Of a stretch of DNA of 64,000 nucleotides, positions 38,801 to 51,500 are shown one piece after another (position 1 is the first letter of the stretch; the number at the start of each line of letters is the position of its first letter). A program made the position numbers and the translations under genes. Under the pieces are notes generated by a model. The model searched no databases, was not told where the DNA came from, and worked only from the letters and a program-made list of their open reading frames with translations. Location: assembly GCA_003427395.1 (NCBI GenBank), contig BFEA01000009.1, forward strand, positions 5,442,467-5,506,466, in the 5' to 3' direction. The stretch is from Chara braunii (Eukaryota > Plantae > Charophyceae).

Positions 38801-39974
38801 AGCGGAAAAAGACGGGCAAACAGACAGACAAACAAGACAACAACGGATGAACACAAACAGTCACACAATCACACAAACAGACAGTCGAGCAGACAAATAG
38901 ACAAGACAAAGAGAGAGAAAGAGAGAGAGCGGGAGAGGCTTGTGAAGATGCACGCGCGGAAGTAGAAGAAGGAGAAGAAGAGGAAAAAGAAGAGGGAACC
39001 GGGGTGTACACGGTCGCACATGGTACTTGACGAATGAACAAAGTGCGACTGGGACTTGGTACTGCTAGCTTGACACAGTTGGACAACCCACTGGCGCATT
39101 TGCCTCTAGTCTAACGTCAGCGACACCCGAAAGGTCATTTATGGACCTTCCGGAGGTTTGTAGACCTTGCGTTGCGAAACTGAAGTAGTTGCGACCTTGA
39201 CTCTTCTGGACTGCAGCGGTTACGACTCCTACACAACTATGACCCCTACTCAGCTGACCTACAAACTGAACCCCGACAGATACATGGACCTACGACAGAC
39301 ATCAATCGACTACCAAAATACAGGTTGAAGGTTCAAATACACAGGGGTCTACTCGAGACAGAACATGGATGAGGGTGAGGCCTAGAGATCGAGCCTGGGA
39401 ACTGCATCTGCTATCGTAAAAGTGAAAACCATTTTAATTATACCACTATCAGAGAAAGAGAGGAGAGAGGAGAGACAACTACAAAACAGATTCAAACAGG
39501 CAAGTAGACTGGTAAACACCAACAGACAAACGCACGCACAGAGACAGAATGATGGACACAGACAGACTGACTGACAAATACCGCAAACAAACATAGTCAG
39601 TCAGTTAGACAAACAAAGAATAATCAGTCACGGACAGACACAAACAAACAGACAAAAACCGACACGGGCAGTCAGCCAGACAGGACAGACAGAACAGACA
39701 GTTATATGGACTCCGTCTGTGTGAATGTGTGCATATAAGAAAATGAGATAGACAAACAATCAGACGCAGTTAGGCAGACGGACCGACATACATAGTCGAA
39801 CGGGACAAACAAACACAAAACAAACGAACATACAAAGACAAGCACAAACTTGAGACGAGGTGCTAGACAATCAGACAACCGCTCCGACAGACACAATTAA
39901 ACAGATGCTCCGACAGACACAGTTGTACAAATCGGATGCAATCAGACAAACAGGGCACCAGGTAGGGAGGAGTG

Positions 39975-40209
39975 ACTTTAATATTGTGCTGGTGTAGCCT
40001 ACGGGCTTGAACAATAGCTCATTATTGCATTGTATTATTCAATATGAATGTTTTATCGGTCCATTTGTACTCTCTGCTTAGACACGACTACTTGGGCATC
40101 TGTGTGGTTTTGTGAATTGGTTTTCTGTATATTGTTCACTCTCATATTCCTTGCATATTATATTACAATTATTATTATTATTACTATCGTTATTATTATT
40201 ATTATTATC
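39975..40209 (+). repeat. Repeat of about 230 bp ending in an (ATT)n tail; possible non-LTR retroposon 3' end, copy 1
   Basis: Aligns by eye with 41292-41522 (CCTACGGGCTTG...TTGGTTTTCTG...CATATTCCTTGCAT then (ATT)n). Confidence 0.6.
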
Positions 40210-41291
40210 AACCCGAACCCGAACGATACTCGTCATCCAATGTAGTACAAGTAGACTCAGATCTGCACAATGTCTCCGATAGTGGTGAAAGCGATGCCTG
40301 GTACGACATCTCGTTACCAGTAGAAGGATGGCTACGGCCGCTGTCAGCCACTACAGCTATGGCGGCTATGACCACGGTCATCACTATCAACTTCACGCTA
40401 CTTTTTTCCCTGGGAATCCGCAGACCACCTCGCACACGTCGTTGTGGCGGCACTTCCGCATGGCTCACCCAACAATGAATGAATGGCAGGGCGCTGCCTC
40501 TTGATTTATACTTCTGGTCTGCTGCCTTTTCACCGGGCCCCTGGTACACGCAGACTCGCATAATACTTGCTGATTGGACTAAGTGAAACAGGGACTAAGT
40601 ATCTCTGACTTAGCATTGGGGGACCTTACCACCTGCCCATTTTTCTCTGGCCAGCCGTAAGCAACGTTTGAAGGGTCACTTCCAGATCTTTCTGAAGTCG
40701 TGGACTGGGCCCTTCGACACTGCTGCATCGACAACCTCGATCTTTTCGGGGTTGTAACAGCTACGACCCGCTACAGGCTTAACTCCTACGCTAAACAGAC
40801 AAACGAAACAGACTGACAAACAGGCAGACAAATGGAGACAAACAAATAAACTCACAGACAAAGTAACACAGTCACAGTGACACGCACAGATAACAAGCAT
40901 ACACAAATGTTGCGACACACGCAGTCACAACAAACATATGCAGATAACAGTCACACACAGACAACAGACATACAGGGATAAAGTGGCACACACATACACA
41001 AGTGATACAGAAACACAAATGATGTTGAAACGCGAGGACAGAGACGCAGGGGTACAAATACACAACGATATACAAAGATACGTACCCACGGGGAGCGAAA
41101 GACAGAGAAAGGTAGAAAGAGGGAAAGAGGGATGAGATACTTACCTAGTACATGAAGAGAGGCCAATTATGGAGGTTGACATCGTGAACTTCGGTTTTCG
41201 AGTGTCGAAGTGAGCCTGTTGCATGAACGTAGCTGCAGGTAGGATAGTCTACTAAGGTAGGATAGGCGTTGGACGTCAGACAGGAAGAACG

Positions 41292-41470
41292 ACTTTTACT
41301 ATGTTGGTGTGACCTACGGGCTTGGACATTGACTCTTTACTTCATTGTATTGCTCTGTTTGGATGGATACTCGATGCATTTGCACTCTATACTCATGCAC
41401 GATTAACTTAGACATCCGTTGATTTCGCGACTTGGTTTTCTGAATATCTTTCACAATCATATTCCTTGCA

Positions 41471-41511
<41 letters not shown>

Positions 41512-41522
41512 TATTATTATTG
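41292..41522 (+). repeat. Repeat of about 230 bp ending in an (ATT)n tail, copy 2
   Basis: Diverged copy of 39975-40209. Confidence 0.6.
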
Positions 41523-44500
41523 ATTGTTGACTTACTCTTTGCAACATCGTGAGATAAGCAGGGGTCAGGAAGAAGGAGATGTGGGGCACTGGAGAGGAGA
41601 AGGACATCGTCACCGTGTGACGGTACCTACCTCCTCAATCCTTCACCATTTTCCCCTTATCTAAACCCTCATTTTCCTTCTCCTCTGTGTCTGTCCAAGA
41701 TTGGGATCATTATTGTTAAACATCATCTTGTTGGTTCTTGATTGATTGACATCAAAGGAAGTGGGGAAGATCAGGTTTGGAGAGAGGTGGAGTATTGGAG
41801 AGGAGAGTGACACTGTCATCGTGTGACATCACCTACCTCCTCCATCCTTCTCCATTTCTCCCATAATCTAATCCCCTCATTTCCTTGTTTTCCACAACTA
41901 TCTGAAATGGTATGAACTCTCTGAATTGAAAATCCACTCTGTCGAAGTTCAGGAAGAACTCTGGAGGCAGGGAACCATGAAGTACGTGTTACCTATTCCT
42001 TTCCCAATACCCTTATAGGCTACAACCACCTATTGGACTGTGTGTATGACTATATGACCTATTGTTTGTGTTTTCTTCAGGACTAAAAGTGTATCAAACA
42101 GAAAAGGTTATATGATTGAAGTAAGAACCTTGCCTGAGTTAAGGAAGTCACCTATGAGAAACGAAAAGGATCCTAGTTTGCTTGGATTTAGGAAACAAAG
42201 TCGTGTGATGAAGGCTCCCGTAGAGTCGTCACACTGCTTATTTTCTGTGTTCGCTCTTATACTGTTCTACTTATTCCTGAAAAAACAACCAGGTGAGTAT
42301 CCTTTAAAGTATGGACATGGGATAATATTAAAGACCGGTTAAAATCAATAAAAATATTGAAAGAAAAAAAAATATACCGAGAAAGCTCGTAAAGTTGATG
42401 AATAATTTGGACAAAAAAATCTCAATCATAAAAGAAAACGGAACAATAAGTTTGAGTCCTCTCCCTGCAGACGGTTTCGAAGGAAGGCAAACGATGCTTA
42501 AGAATAAACAAGGTACGTATGAGTGTGCTACGTGGGGCGGTGATAATACTTAAGCACTTATGTGAAGAAAATTAAGTCCTATTGGGAGGGTTGGGTCAGA
42601 CTACGTATTTCTATTGAATATTGGAGAAGTAAACGATCCGATAATGAAGGGATAAAGCTGACAATAAACGTAGCGTTTTTTCCAAGACTCCCGTGCTATC
42701 CCGAATGACCTCCTCTCACCTAACCCCGTTCCAAAAAGTCATGTTCTCTACCCCCTTTACTCCTATGTCATCAAAGTCGCCCAAGCAAAAGAGGAGAAGA
42801 AAGGTGATGTCATTAATGGTTTGCCCGACCTCGATCGCTAGGAATGACTCTTCCTGGAACCACGACCTTCGAGGTTGGTTGGGGATACATGCGGCATGCC
42901 GCATAGACCCATTTATGGGGGTGGTGCAATGTTGTTGCGGTGGAGCAAATGCCTACTTCTGAGATCTGGGTCTCGTGCTCAGGCAAGGAGAATGGGTACT
43001 ACAGACAACTTCCTAGCGATCGGGGCTCAGAAAGGTCAACGAAACCATTTTACCTTCTTGAAATCTTTTGTGGACGGATGGCTGACTTAGGATACCTAAG
43101 GCTGGCCACAAGTAGGGGCCGCCTTGATTAAGGTGGATTGGCGCCAAAAGAAGTTCTGATCCCAGTGACAAATTTATCGAAACAGGAGAGTGAGCCCTAC
43201 CAGAGAATGACAAAGGGCAAACGTGGACAGACGAGGTATGTATGACTCTATCGCATGGGGCCCTAAAAAGACTAAGGGGCCTATAGCATCACAAATCGAA
43301 CATAAGAACCGAATGAGGCATAGAAACAAAATAAGAGGCGTCTTAATTAACCTCGATAGGAGTCCAAAGAGGTGGCTATAGATCTATACATCTATATTTG
43401 CACGAGCAAAGAAATTTCGATATGAATTTTTAACATTAATTAAGTTCGATAGCGTGCTAAAAAACAAAAAAAAACGAACTGACTCCTTATTTTCTTTGAT
43501 CTTCTGTGCTTCGCATTTCGACTGTGTTGCACTGCGTCTTCTTTGTTTTTCCTGATTTTTTCTTTTTCTACTTGACACTATATTACTCTTCTTCATATAT
43601 AATTATACCTATATATGGATGTTTTGACATGTTTTCTTTTCGTTGCAGTTGTCTATATGCATCTTATTCCTCCTATCCGCCGTGACGTGCCCATGTACAA
43701 ATACATATGTACGTGCCCATTAATTAATATGGCAGAGGACCAAGATCCACGTGATGGTTCAACCAACAGTAATCTATCCAATGTCTCAACCTTCTCTTGA
43801 CCTGTGGATAAGTCCTTGCATGTTCCGTGGAAGCGTCGCAAACATCATCGACCCTTTGAAAGGGTTGTTAATGATCCTTTGGTGTCCTCGCCGATAGTAT
43901 CAGAGTGTACTCAGTGTCCTGCCATTGTTCTAGGTCGAGTCGGTTTGTCTTCGTTCGAGGGTCCTTCTTCCTTATCGAACCATGGATTGAGACTGCGTAT
44001 AGGTTTGAATGTTACTCTCTGTCGCTTTACGAGTGCAACAGAGATGCCATCACAACACGAACACTGCAAACGCGGACGACCACCTTCCCAAAGTCATCGA
44101 ACCCAGAGGTTCTTACTACAGGCGGTAGGTGTTGTAGGTGAGTCGACTGCTCGCAGGAGAGAGAAACAACCGGTGGTAAGTCAAGATTATGGTGTTGATT
44201 GTTCTACTGAGGAACAATGTAGTGATAAGTCTCTATCTTTTCAACAATCGATTTCATCGATGAATGATTTCACAAGTCCGGTGTTTTTCAAAAGAACGCG
44301 TCAAAAAAATATTAATATTGATACGAATCACATTAGTTGTCCTAGAAATCTCTCTATGACCTTGCAAAGTGAACGTTCGCTTGAAATTCGTATGGATGTT
44401 GCAATAAATGCAGATTTCGTTTCGATGGTCAAAAAATCGGTTTTACTCGAGGATTTTCCCTTGCACTCGCCACATGTGCACAATTGTTCATCGTCGACAT

Positions 44501-46859
44501 TGACTGTCGATGTCCGACCAAAATGTGTGGAGAGCGATCTTTCTTCCACTTTGACAAATGTTCATGCACATTCATCTTTTGCTGCCATGATCCAACCGAA
44601 TGTGCCGAACACATTAATTAGAAAGTTTATTGGATCTCATAATCGACGGAGAAGATTATTATTGAGGAAACCGATTCGTTCAAGGCGCAATAGACAGTAC
44701 CGTATATTGTTGATTCGACGACTGCGTGCGAATAAAGTCGTGCGTCATTTGAAACTTGGATCGTTGTAGTCGATGCCTCACCGTGTGTCATCGGGTTGTG
44801 ACGCAAGTGCAATAGTTGTTGAAAGTACTATAGAGGCTGGTGAAGTAACGAAACAAGTCAATAGAATGAATGTGATTAAATCGTGTTCTACGTCTCGTAT
44901 AATTTCAAAACGAAGGAAAAACCAGAAAAGACGACCAAACTTTCATGTTAAACGTATGCGTGCATTCAGAGTTGCACTTAAGAATCATAGGAGGAAAGAA
45001 GATATGCCTGATCATAAAGATTTTGTACGATGTGTGAGGCGAGGTTTGTTCGCTGTGAATATCCTTCGAGAGATTCGAGCGAGCGCTATCGAGCGCATCG
45101 GTCCGGCACCGCACAAGGGCAGCGCGAGACCCTACTGGCCGCATCGCGCAGGAGTTGGTTCTTAATCCTCGTCGCGAATCTACATGGAGCTTCCGCAAGT
45201 CGCTCCTGCAGAGTGCGCCAGCCATACCTCTCGCAAGCCCCTACAAAAGGGTAGGGCCTACGTGAGGCATAACTCACCTCCACCTTACGGGAGCTGTCAC
45301 CTCCCTTCGGTGGGCGTATCCCCGCCGAGCTACCAGTCCACAGTACGAAAGCTGATCAGTTAAAATCGCAGAGGTGGACCAGCCGATGGCGTTTCTCGTT
45401 CGCTGTAGCATAGGGGGTACGCGCGGTAATACGCCTAATATCGGACCCGCACGCGAACCGTCAACTGGGGATGGCTTAATTTTCAAGCGCGGCCCGTCGT
45501 CACGGTCGGTCGACTAGGGCGCATCCCACACACCACGCGCACACCACTTTACGAACACAAAAATAAAACACACACACACACACACACACAACGAACAACG
45601 TGACAACGCTCCTAGTCCCTTCAGTAGCAATCCCATAACTTTCCGATGCGGAAATCGGATAGGCGTCGCGCGCGGGACATGGTATAAAACCGCTCAGACG
45701 CAGGGCTAGTTCATACTGATTCGCAATGCAAGCGTACGCAAGCAGTCGCAATGATGGAGTACTATGTAGTGTCCATAATCAAGAGGTCCCTCGTGGATCC
45801 GAGTACCGCTTATGACACCCAAGTGTCAGACTCGAAGTGTCGTGAGGGTCTAGTCCCTCACGACATTGCACGACTGAAGGAATAGTCGTGCAGTCGCTGC
45901 GAGACCTCCGGCCTTTGGTCTGAGCGTCTCGGTAGGCAAGGCAAATAGGCTCTGCACGGGGGCAGATTCCTTCCCTGCAGAGTTTAGGGCTTGGAATGTC
46001 CTGGACAAGGACCTTGAATCCTGGCCGAGGACCAACATCCGACTATAAAAATCTCTAAAAAGCAAAGGATAAAAAAAGGATCACCCTTTTCTCTCAAACC
46101 CATAATCTGTTTAACCCTTACGCACGGTCAAGTAGGCCGCACGAAACACTCGAGACATATATATACACATATATATAGAGGGTTATTAATATAGGACGAT
46201 CACTTCTAACAGTCATAGTGGGACTCCTCTGAGCCATATATATATGTATGTGAGCGCAGACAGTCAAATCCCAAGTCCAAATCACCAAGCATACCTGCAA
46301 TCACATCAAAGATTCAACCAGAAAGTCCAAGCACTACACGGGGTTAACTTCAACCATTCTATATACTCATACCCCTGGCTTTAGCCATACAAACCTCACT
46401 CTTGTGCAACTCCCCAAAATAAATACTCAGTACTTTTGTTAAATGGTCATTCAATAAAGTTCGGGTGAAAACATAATGAAACAATTGAAACCACAGGGCT
46501 AAAGCCTTTAGGTTGAGTAACAAGAGTGGATTGAAGTTTAATCGTAAACCGGCGAATTGACAACCGACATGTTATCAGTGGTAACAGAAGATGATCCTCA
46601 GGGGATCGAGCTGAATCTAGTCCTGAACTTGAATCAAACGATCAAAAGGACATGTAACACATGACATGTCAATGCCCCAGGGTAAACCTATAAGTCAATG
46701 GAGAACAATCTCCATATCATGATCTTACCCAAATTATTCTAGTTAACTATATTTAAGCCTACCTCTAAGCAAGTGCCCAAAGAAAGGTAGACTCGTGGCA
46801 AAATCTCCCCTATTTAGAGTGGACTACCAGAATCGTCACCGATCAAAATATAATTTATC

Positions 46860-47430
46860 TCCTTTAAACTAAGAAAATTTCGGCAACGCTTCCTGTAGGA
46901 AAAGTATCTTTGCAGAATTTATATAAGTCCAAATATGAAAGCATAAATAATTTTAAACTCTGGAAAGACAAATTTTGTCTAACTCCCTGAATTAGTAAAA
47001 ATTTGGGCAGCACTCCTTTTAGAAAGGGAGACTTCCCAGACTTATACTAGGTCAGATATGGACTCAAAAAACAACTTGAGTTCAACTTAGACAAGATTTA
47101 ACTAACTCATTAGTTTTGCAGTAATTTCGGCAGTACTCCCTTTAGAAAAATGTTTTTCCAAAATTTATACAAGGCTAAGTCCAGAATTCGATAATAACTT
47201 TGACTTCTCAAAGTCCAATTTTGTCAAACTCCCTTAATTAGCAAAAATTTGGGCAGCACTCCCTTTTGAAAATGAGACTTTCCAGATTTTTACTAGGTCA
47301 GATATAAAGAAAAGACAAGTTGAACTTTGACAAGTCAAAAATTGACTAACTTCTTGAATTTGTAGAAATTTCGGCAGCGCTTCTCGTAGAGAAAGTAGCT
47401 TGCCAAGATTCATACAAAGCCAAGTACAAA
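46860..47430. repeat. Tandem repeat, unit about 120-125 bp, 5 copies with alternating similarity
   Basis: Recurrent AATTT(C/G)GGCA(G/A)C...(T)TATAC. Two related copies at about 15760-15920 in LTR A. Confidence 0.8.
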
Positions 47431-47699
47431 AAATGATCCCAGAAAATACAAGAATTGAGCTAAGTAAAAAAAAACTATCATAGAAAATGCAGGAATTGAA
47501 ACTAACTCCTATCGCTCTAGCATATGGCGAGCAACTAAAGTAACTACCTATCAAGCTAAAACTCAGACCAAGTAGTAGCCTCACTCAGCCACATGCAGGC
47601 CAAACCACAAGGTAAGTACTCTCACCATCCCAAGTTTATCTGGACAAACAATAGTTCGTAATCTTTCAATATTTTAACTTTTTTTCCCCAGCTTACATA

Positions 47700-48590
47700 A
47701 GGTCAGGTCACCCAAACTTATGGAATGTGCCTAACTTAGCCGAAAAGTATACACAAAACAGAGGGCACAACTACTTCTCTCTTCTTTGGGCATGTGACTA
47801 GACCATTCTAGTCGCCCTGAACTGTTTTAAATATCCAAGTTATATATATCTGTCTTCCTTTTGTCTTCTAAGGCTGCATATGAGTGAACTAACTTAACTT
47901 CAGTCTGCCCCAGTTTACCAATTTTATTCTTAATTATACTCTTTTCAAGTTGTGATAGGCTATAGTCAGACCACCTAAACTTATAAAACAGTCTGATTAG
48001 CTCGTTTCTTAAATAGAATAATAGTAAAGTATAACAAAGTTATAACCTTCGGGTTCCAACATGTGCGAGGCTTTGAGTCAGACCACCTGAACTTACAGAA
48101 CAGTTTGACTCTCTGCCTAATTTGTTTTCTCTCTGATCCAATATGTGTGTGGCATTGGGTTAGATCACATGAACTTACAGAACAATCAGCCCTTTGTCAG
48201 GTTCGTTCTCTTAGAATAAAAGCAGGAAGAGGCTAAGTCACCTAAACTTATAGAACAGCTTAGACCTCCTCGTTCATAACTTAAATAAACAAAAGGAAAC
48301 CCAAAGTAAACAAGGCGACCAAGGCACCTGAACTTACAGAACGCGCTTGGTCCTTGAAAAGTCAATCACATTCAACATTCCCAAATCAGAGCAGTCAGAC
48401 CACCTAAACTTATAGAACAGCCTGATCCTCCATGCAAAAACCACAGCACTGGATCTCCTCAAACATATGGGGACTTCCCAGCCTCCAGAGCAATCAGATC
48501 CCCTAAACTTATAGAAGGGTCTGACGCTCCACTTAAGTCAAAATAAACATAGCACTGGGTCTCCCAAAACTTATGGGGACCTCCCACCCT
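47700..48590. repeat. Array of about 9-10 hairpins, core CT(A/G)-AACTTA-(T/C)AG
   Basis: Loops at 47715, 47978, 48090, 48172, 48245, 48331, 48407, 48506 and 48568; variant at 48462. Confidence 0.9.
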
Positions 48591-51500
48591 TGATGATCCA
48601 GTCAACCATCAGGCAAATCAGTCCGTCATCCTGCCTTCCCAGATGCTATTTCTTTTAACAGTCCGATTTCACACAATCAACAAAGTTGAAACTGAAATTG
48701 AGCAGGCATTTTTTTACTCAGTCTGATTCAGTGTCCTGAAAGTCAAACAAAAGTCAAAGTAAGGCTTCACACCATATACTTAATCAGCTCATAGAGGTGA
48801 TATAGATAGGGGCTATAATCTGGGTTTATAGAGGGGAAGCAATAATAACCTCTCAGTTCCCTGCCTCCAGAACTCCTCCTGAGTCTCGGCAGAGCTCCCG
48901 CAATCGGTGGGCCGACTCCCCACAGAGTCTTGTTGCGGTCCTACGGGTTGCAATCCCGCCTGCCGCCTTCCTCTCAGAAACAATAGACCAGACTTAGAGT
49001 AAGAAGGGCAGAGATAGGAAGATTCAGCTTCTCAGATCCACGAATGGTGCGCTCAGACTCGCGAGAGAGGGCCTTGTTATCTTGATGCGTCTGAGGGCCC
49101 CGCAATGGCAACCAACGTCTGTGCCAGCTTGGTCAACAAGGTCAAAAACCACCTGTAGTCAAGTCTCGGATGATCCTTCCACTCGCAGCAAAAACCACTC
49201 CCTTCTTCAACAACTCAATCACCTCGTCGAGCTTCATGGTATGAAATGCATTGGGGCATTGCTCAATGCACGGGCCGTGGGTAAAAAAAAAAAACACAGT
49301 CTTCTTTGTCTTCGTAGGGAAGCAATATCGTGGTCTAGCTAGCCGCACGGTGTAATTCGCCGGTCTACAGAGAGCTCTGCAGCTTCTGCAGCTCGCACTT
49401 CATCCCTTTGTCCCCCAAGGTGGGCAGCGTACCACCGAGCAAGCGAACCCCCAACCCCTGCAATTCGCCTGCAGCTACTTAGCAAAAAGGTAGGATGGAC
49501 GGCCCACGGGCCAACAAGTAAGACCAATAGTCCTACTCCTTAATTTTGTCTATTCAGCCAGTATGACGGGCCGTGTATTGACCAGCAAAGGCACAGCACA
49601 ACACATAACGGTTGTGCGACAATCATCCCGCAACAGACAACTTAAAACCTTGCTGTAAAACTCAGGCTGGACTCATCGTGACTATATAGTTAGTAAAAAG
49701 GAGAGAAACACAATTGGGAGCCCGCTTAGCACTATCAGGCATACCCACTACTTAGTCTCTTACCCCTGCCTGCAGTTTGGTTTCTTCCCATATACCCCGA
49801 CCGTTAGGATGAGCAACACGTTGCTCAGTCGGTAGGTCTCCAACTCCGTGGTTCACCTCGCTACTTTATTGATATGTTAGGCAACACTTCTGGCCAAAAT
49901 GGCAGATCTGAACTTCCTGTGGCCTGCTTGCTGCGACTTCACTCGTTTGGATGACCCGCATCATATCGGTAAACAGGCAATTTTCAACTTGCTGCCTATC
50001 CTTCGTTAGGTTAAGCAAATTCAAGAATGAATCTTTCGCCAGACCATGATGGTGTACGCCCCTACTCAATGCACAACTCGGGTCGCAAAGGATGGCTGGC
50101 AGCAACCTTGACTACGGACGGGTACAGCGAAACGCAAGCAGCATCTTCTAGGAAGGCCACGACCAATCTCGAACAACCACCTCTGCGGTCTTGACAACCA
50201 CCAAGAAGGAGCACTGCCGCTATAGCAAGCGCCACAGTCCGAACGTATCTGACTCTAAATATGGCCAGATTCAGTCGAGGGCCGGAACGAAAACCAGGCC
50301 ACAGGGATGAAGGTCTGAGTGGGCGAAAGTCATAGCAACGAGTGGGGTGTAAGCTACAAATCGAAAATATAGCGGAGGCGGTCGTTACCGTGGGCATTTG
50401 CTCAATAACTTGTCAGAAGCGCAAAAATGAGGAAAACTCCCGCCAAGTATCGGGAGGGTCGTTTACCAACCGGGTCGTCGGCTACTGCTTCGGCTAATGA
50501 TCTAGCTCCCGCCCCCACTCGTTCTGTAGCCCGCTTGCCTCTGTGGCGGAACGGAGCGTGAGTCCTCCGCTAGGACACGAAGCAGATATGCCCCGGCCAG
50601 GTGAGTGTACTCATTCCAACTTACTTCCGCCTCGTTACTCTCCGGGCCTGTGGAATGAGAATGAATCTTTGGCTTAAGACCCGGGTAGGTTCATCCCCTC
50701 CTATCTCCTAACCTTCCTACTCCTATCCCCAATCCAACCAATCGTATCCCTGTCGCATCAGTCAAAAACCTCGTTTCATGCCTCTACTCGTTCGATCTCG
50801 GAAGAGCACGAGCGAGTTCTTCGATTTTCGATTCCCGCCATCTCCATCCCTTCGACGTCTGTGCGCAGTCCCATACCATGGTAGCACTCCATCGGCTAGT
50901 CAGGAGATCAATTTGCCATTGCCCTCGAGTCCGCCGTATGCGAGAACCCCTACCTAAGATCTCTCCCTGTCCGAATCCGTTGAGGAACGGGCGTGATACG
51001 CACTTTTTCCTCCTCGTTTTCTCCTCCCCCGACACTCTCCGCGCATCATCTCCCCCTACTGACCTTCGCTCTAGTAACCTACCACTAGTTCTGAGCCCGG
51101 ATTTGGGATCGCCACCCTTCGAAACCCTTGTTTATGATTTTATTTCGTTCGATTATGTTAAGAATCGATCGAAATATCACCTTCTCCTTCTTTTCCCATA
51201 GCCCCTTCCTGCCATCTCTCCGTACTAACTTTTCTCTCTAGTCCTTTTTCTACTAATCTCCCCGACAATCTGACCTTAACAATGGACTCGCCTTATAAGA
51301 AAACCCCCATCTATCTCCCCCACTCACCTACATCCGTCAAGTATCGCGTGCGCTCTCCGTTTCCTGCTGCGCCCTGGCTCGCCTTTCCGCCATCTCCACT
51401 CTTTTCCTACCGAACGTACCCGGCACGTTTTCGCGTCCAGGTTCATTCATCCTGTCGGCCTCACCCTCTTCTCCCCGACCCGACATCGCCCAACGCGGTA

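Larger units (their letters stand above)
22410..41975 (+). mobile_element. Ty3/Gypsy element 'B', plus strand, heavily decayed; 5' LTR and PBS not in window; right end uncertain
   Basis: gag-PR-RT-RH-IN fragments homologous to A. The 3' LTR starts with the family terminal motif at 34655. An LTR-internal motif shared with A and C lies at 41949-41975. Confidence 0.8.
34655..41975 (+). repeat. 3' LTR of B (start firm, end unresolved, probably contains insertions)
   Basis: Begins TGTCGAAGCAAACACCCTTACAAGGGTATTTGC, matching the start of the A LTR. Its upstream context matches the region before the 3' LTR of A. Confidence 0.6.

Noticed and set aside
35574-41166. Many short Leu/Ser/Cys/Val-rich ORFs
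   Set aside because: Translations of low-complexity GA and CA tracts.
41976-43382. Possible continuation or end of LTR B
   Set aside because: No convincing CGACA terminus or alignment with the A and C LTR ends.
49866-50397. Coding-looking minus-strand fragments in LTR C
   Set aside because: No family recognised and no counterpart seen in LTR A.
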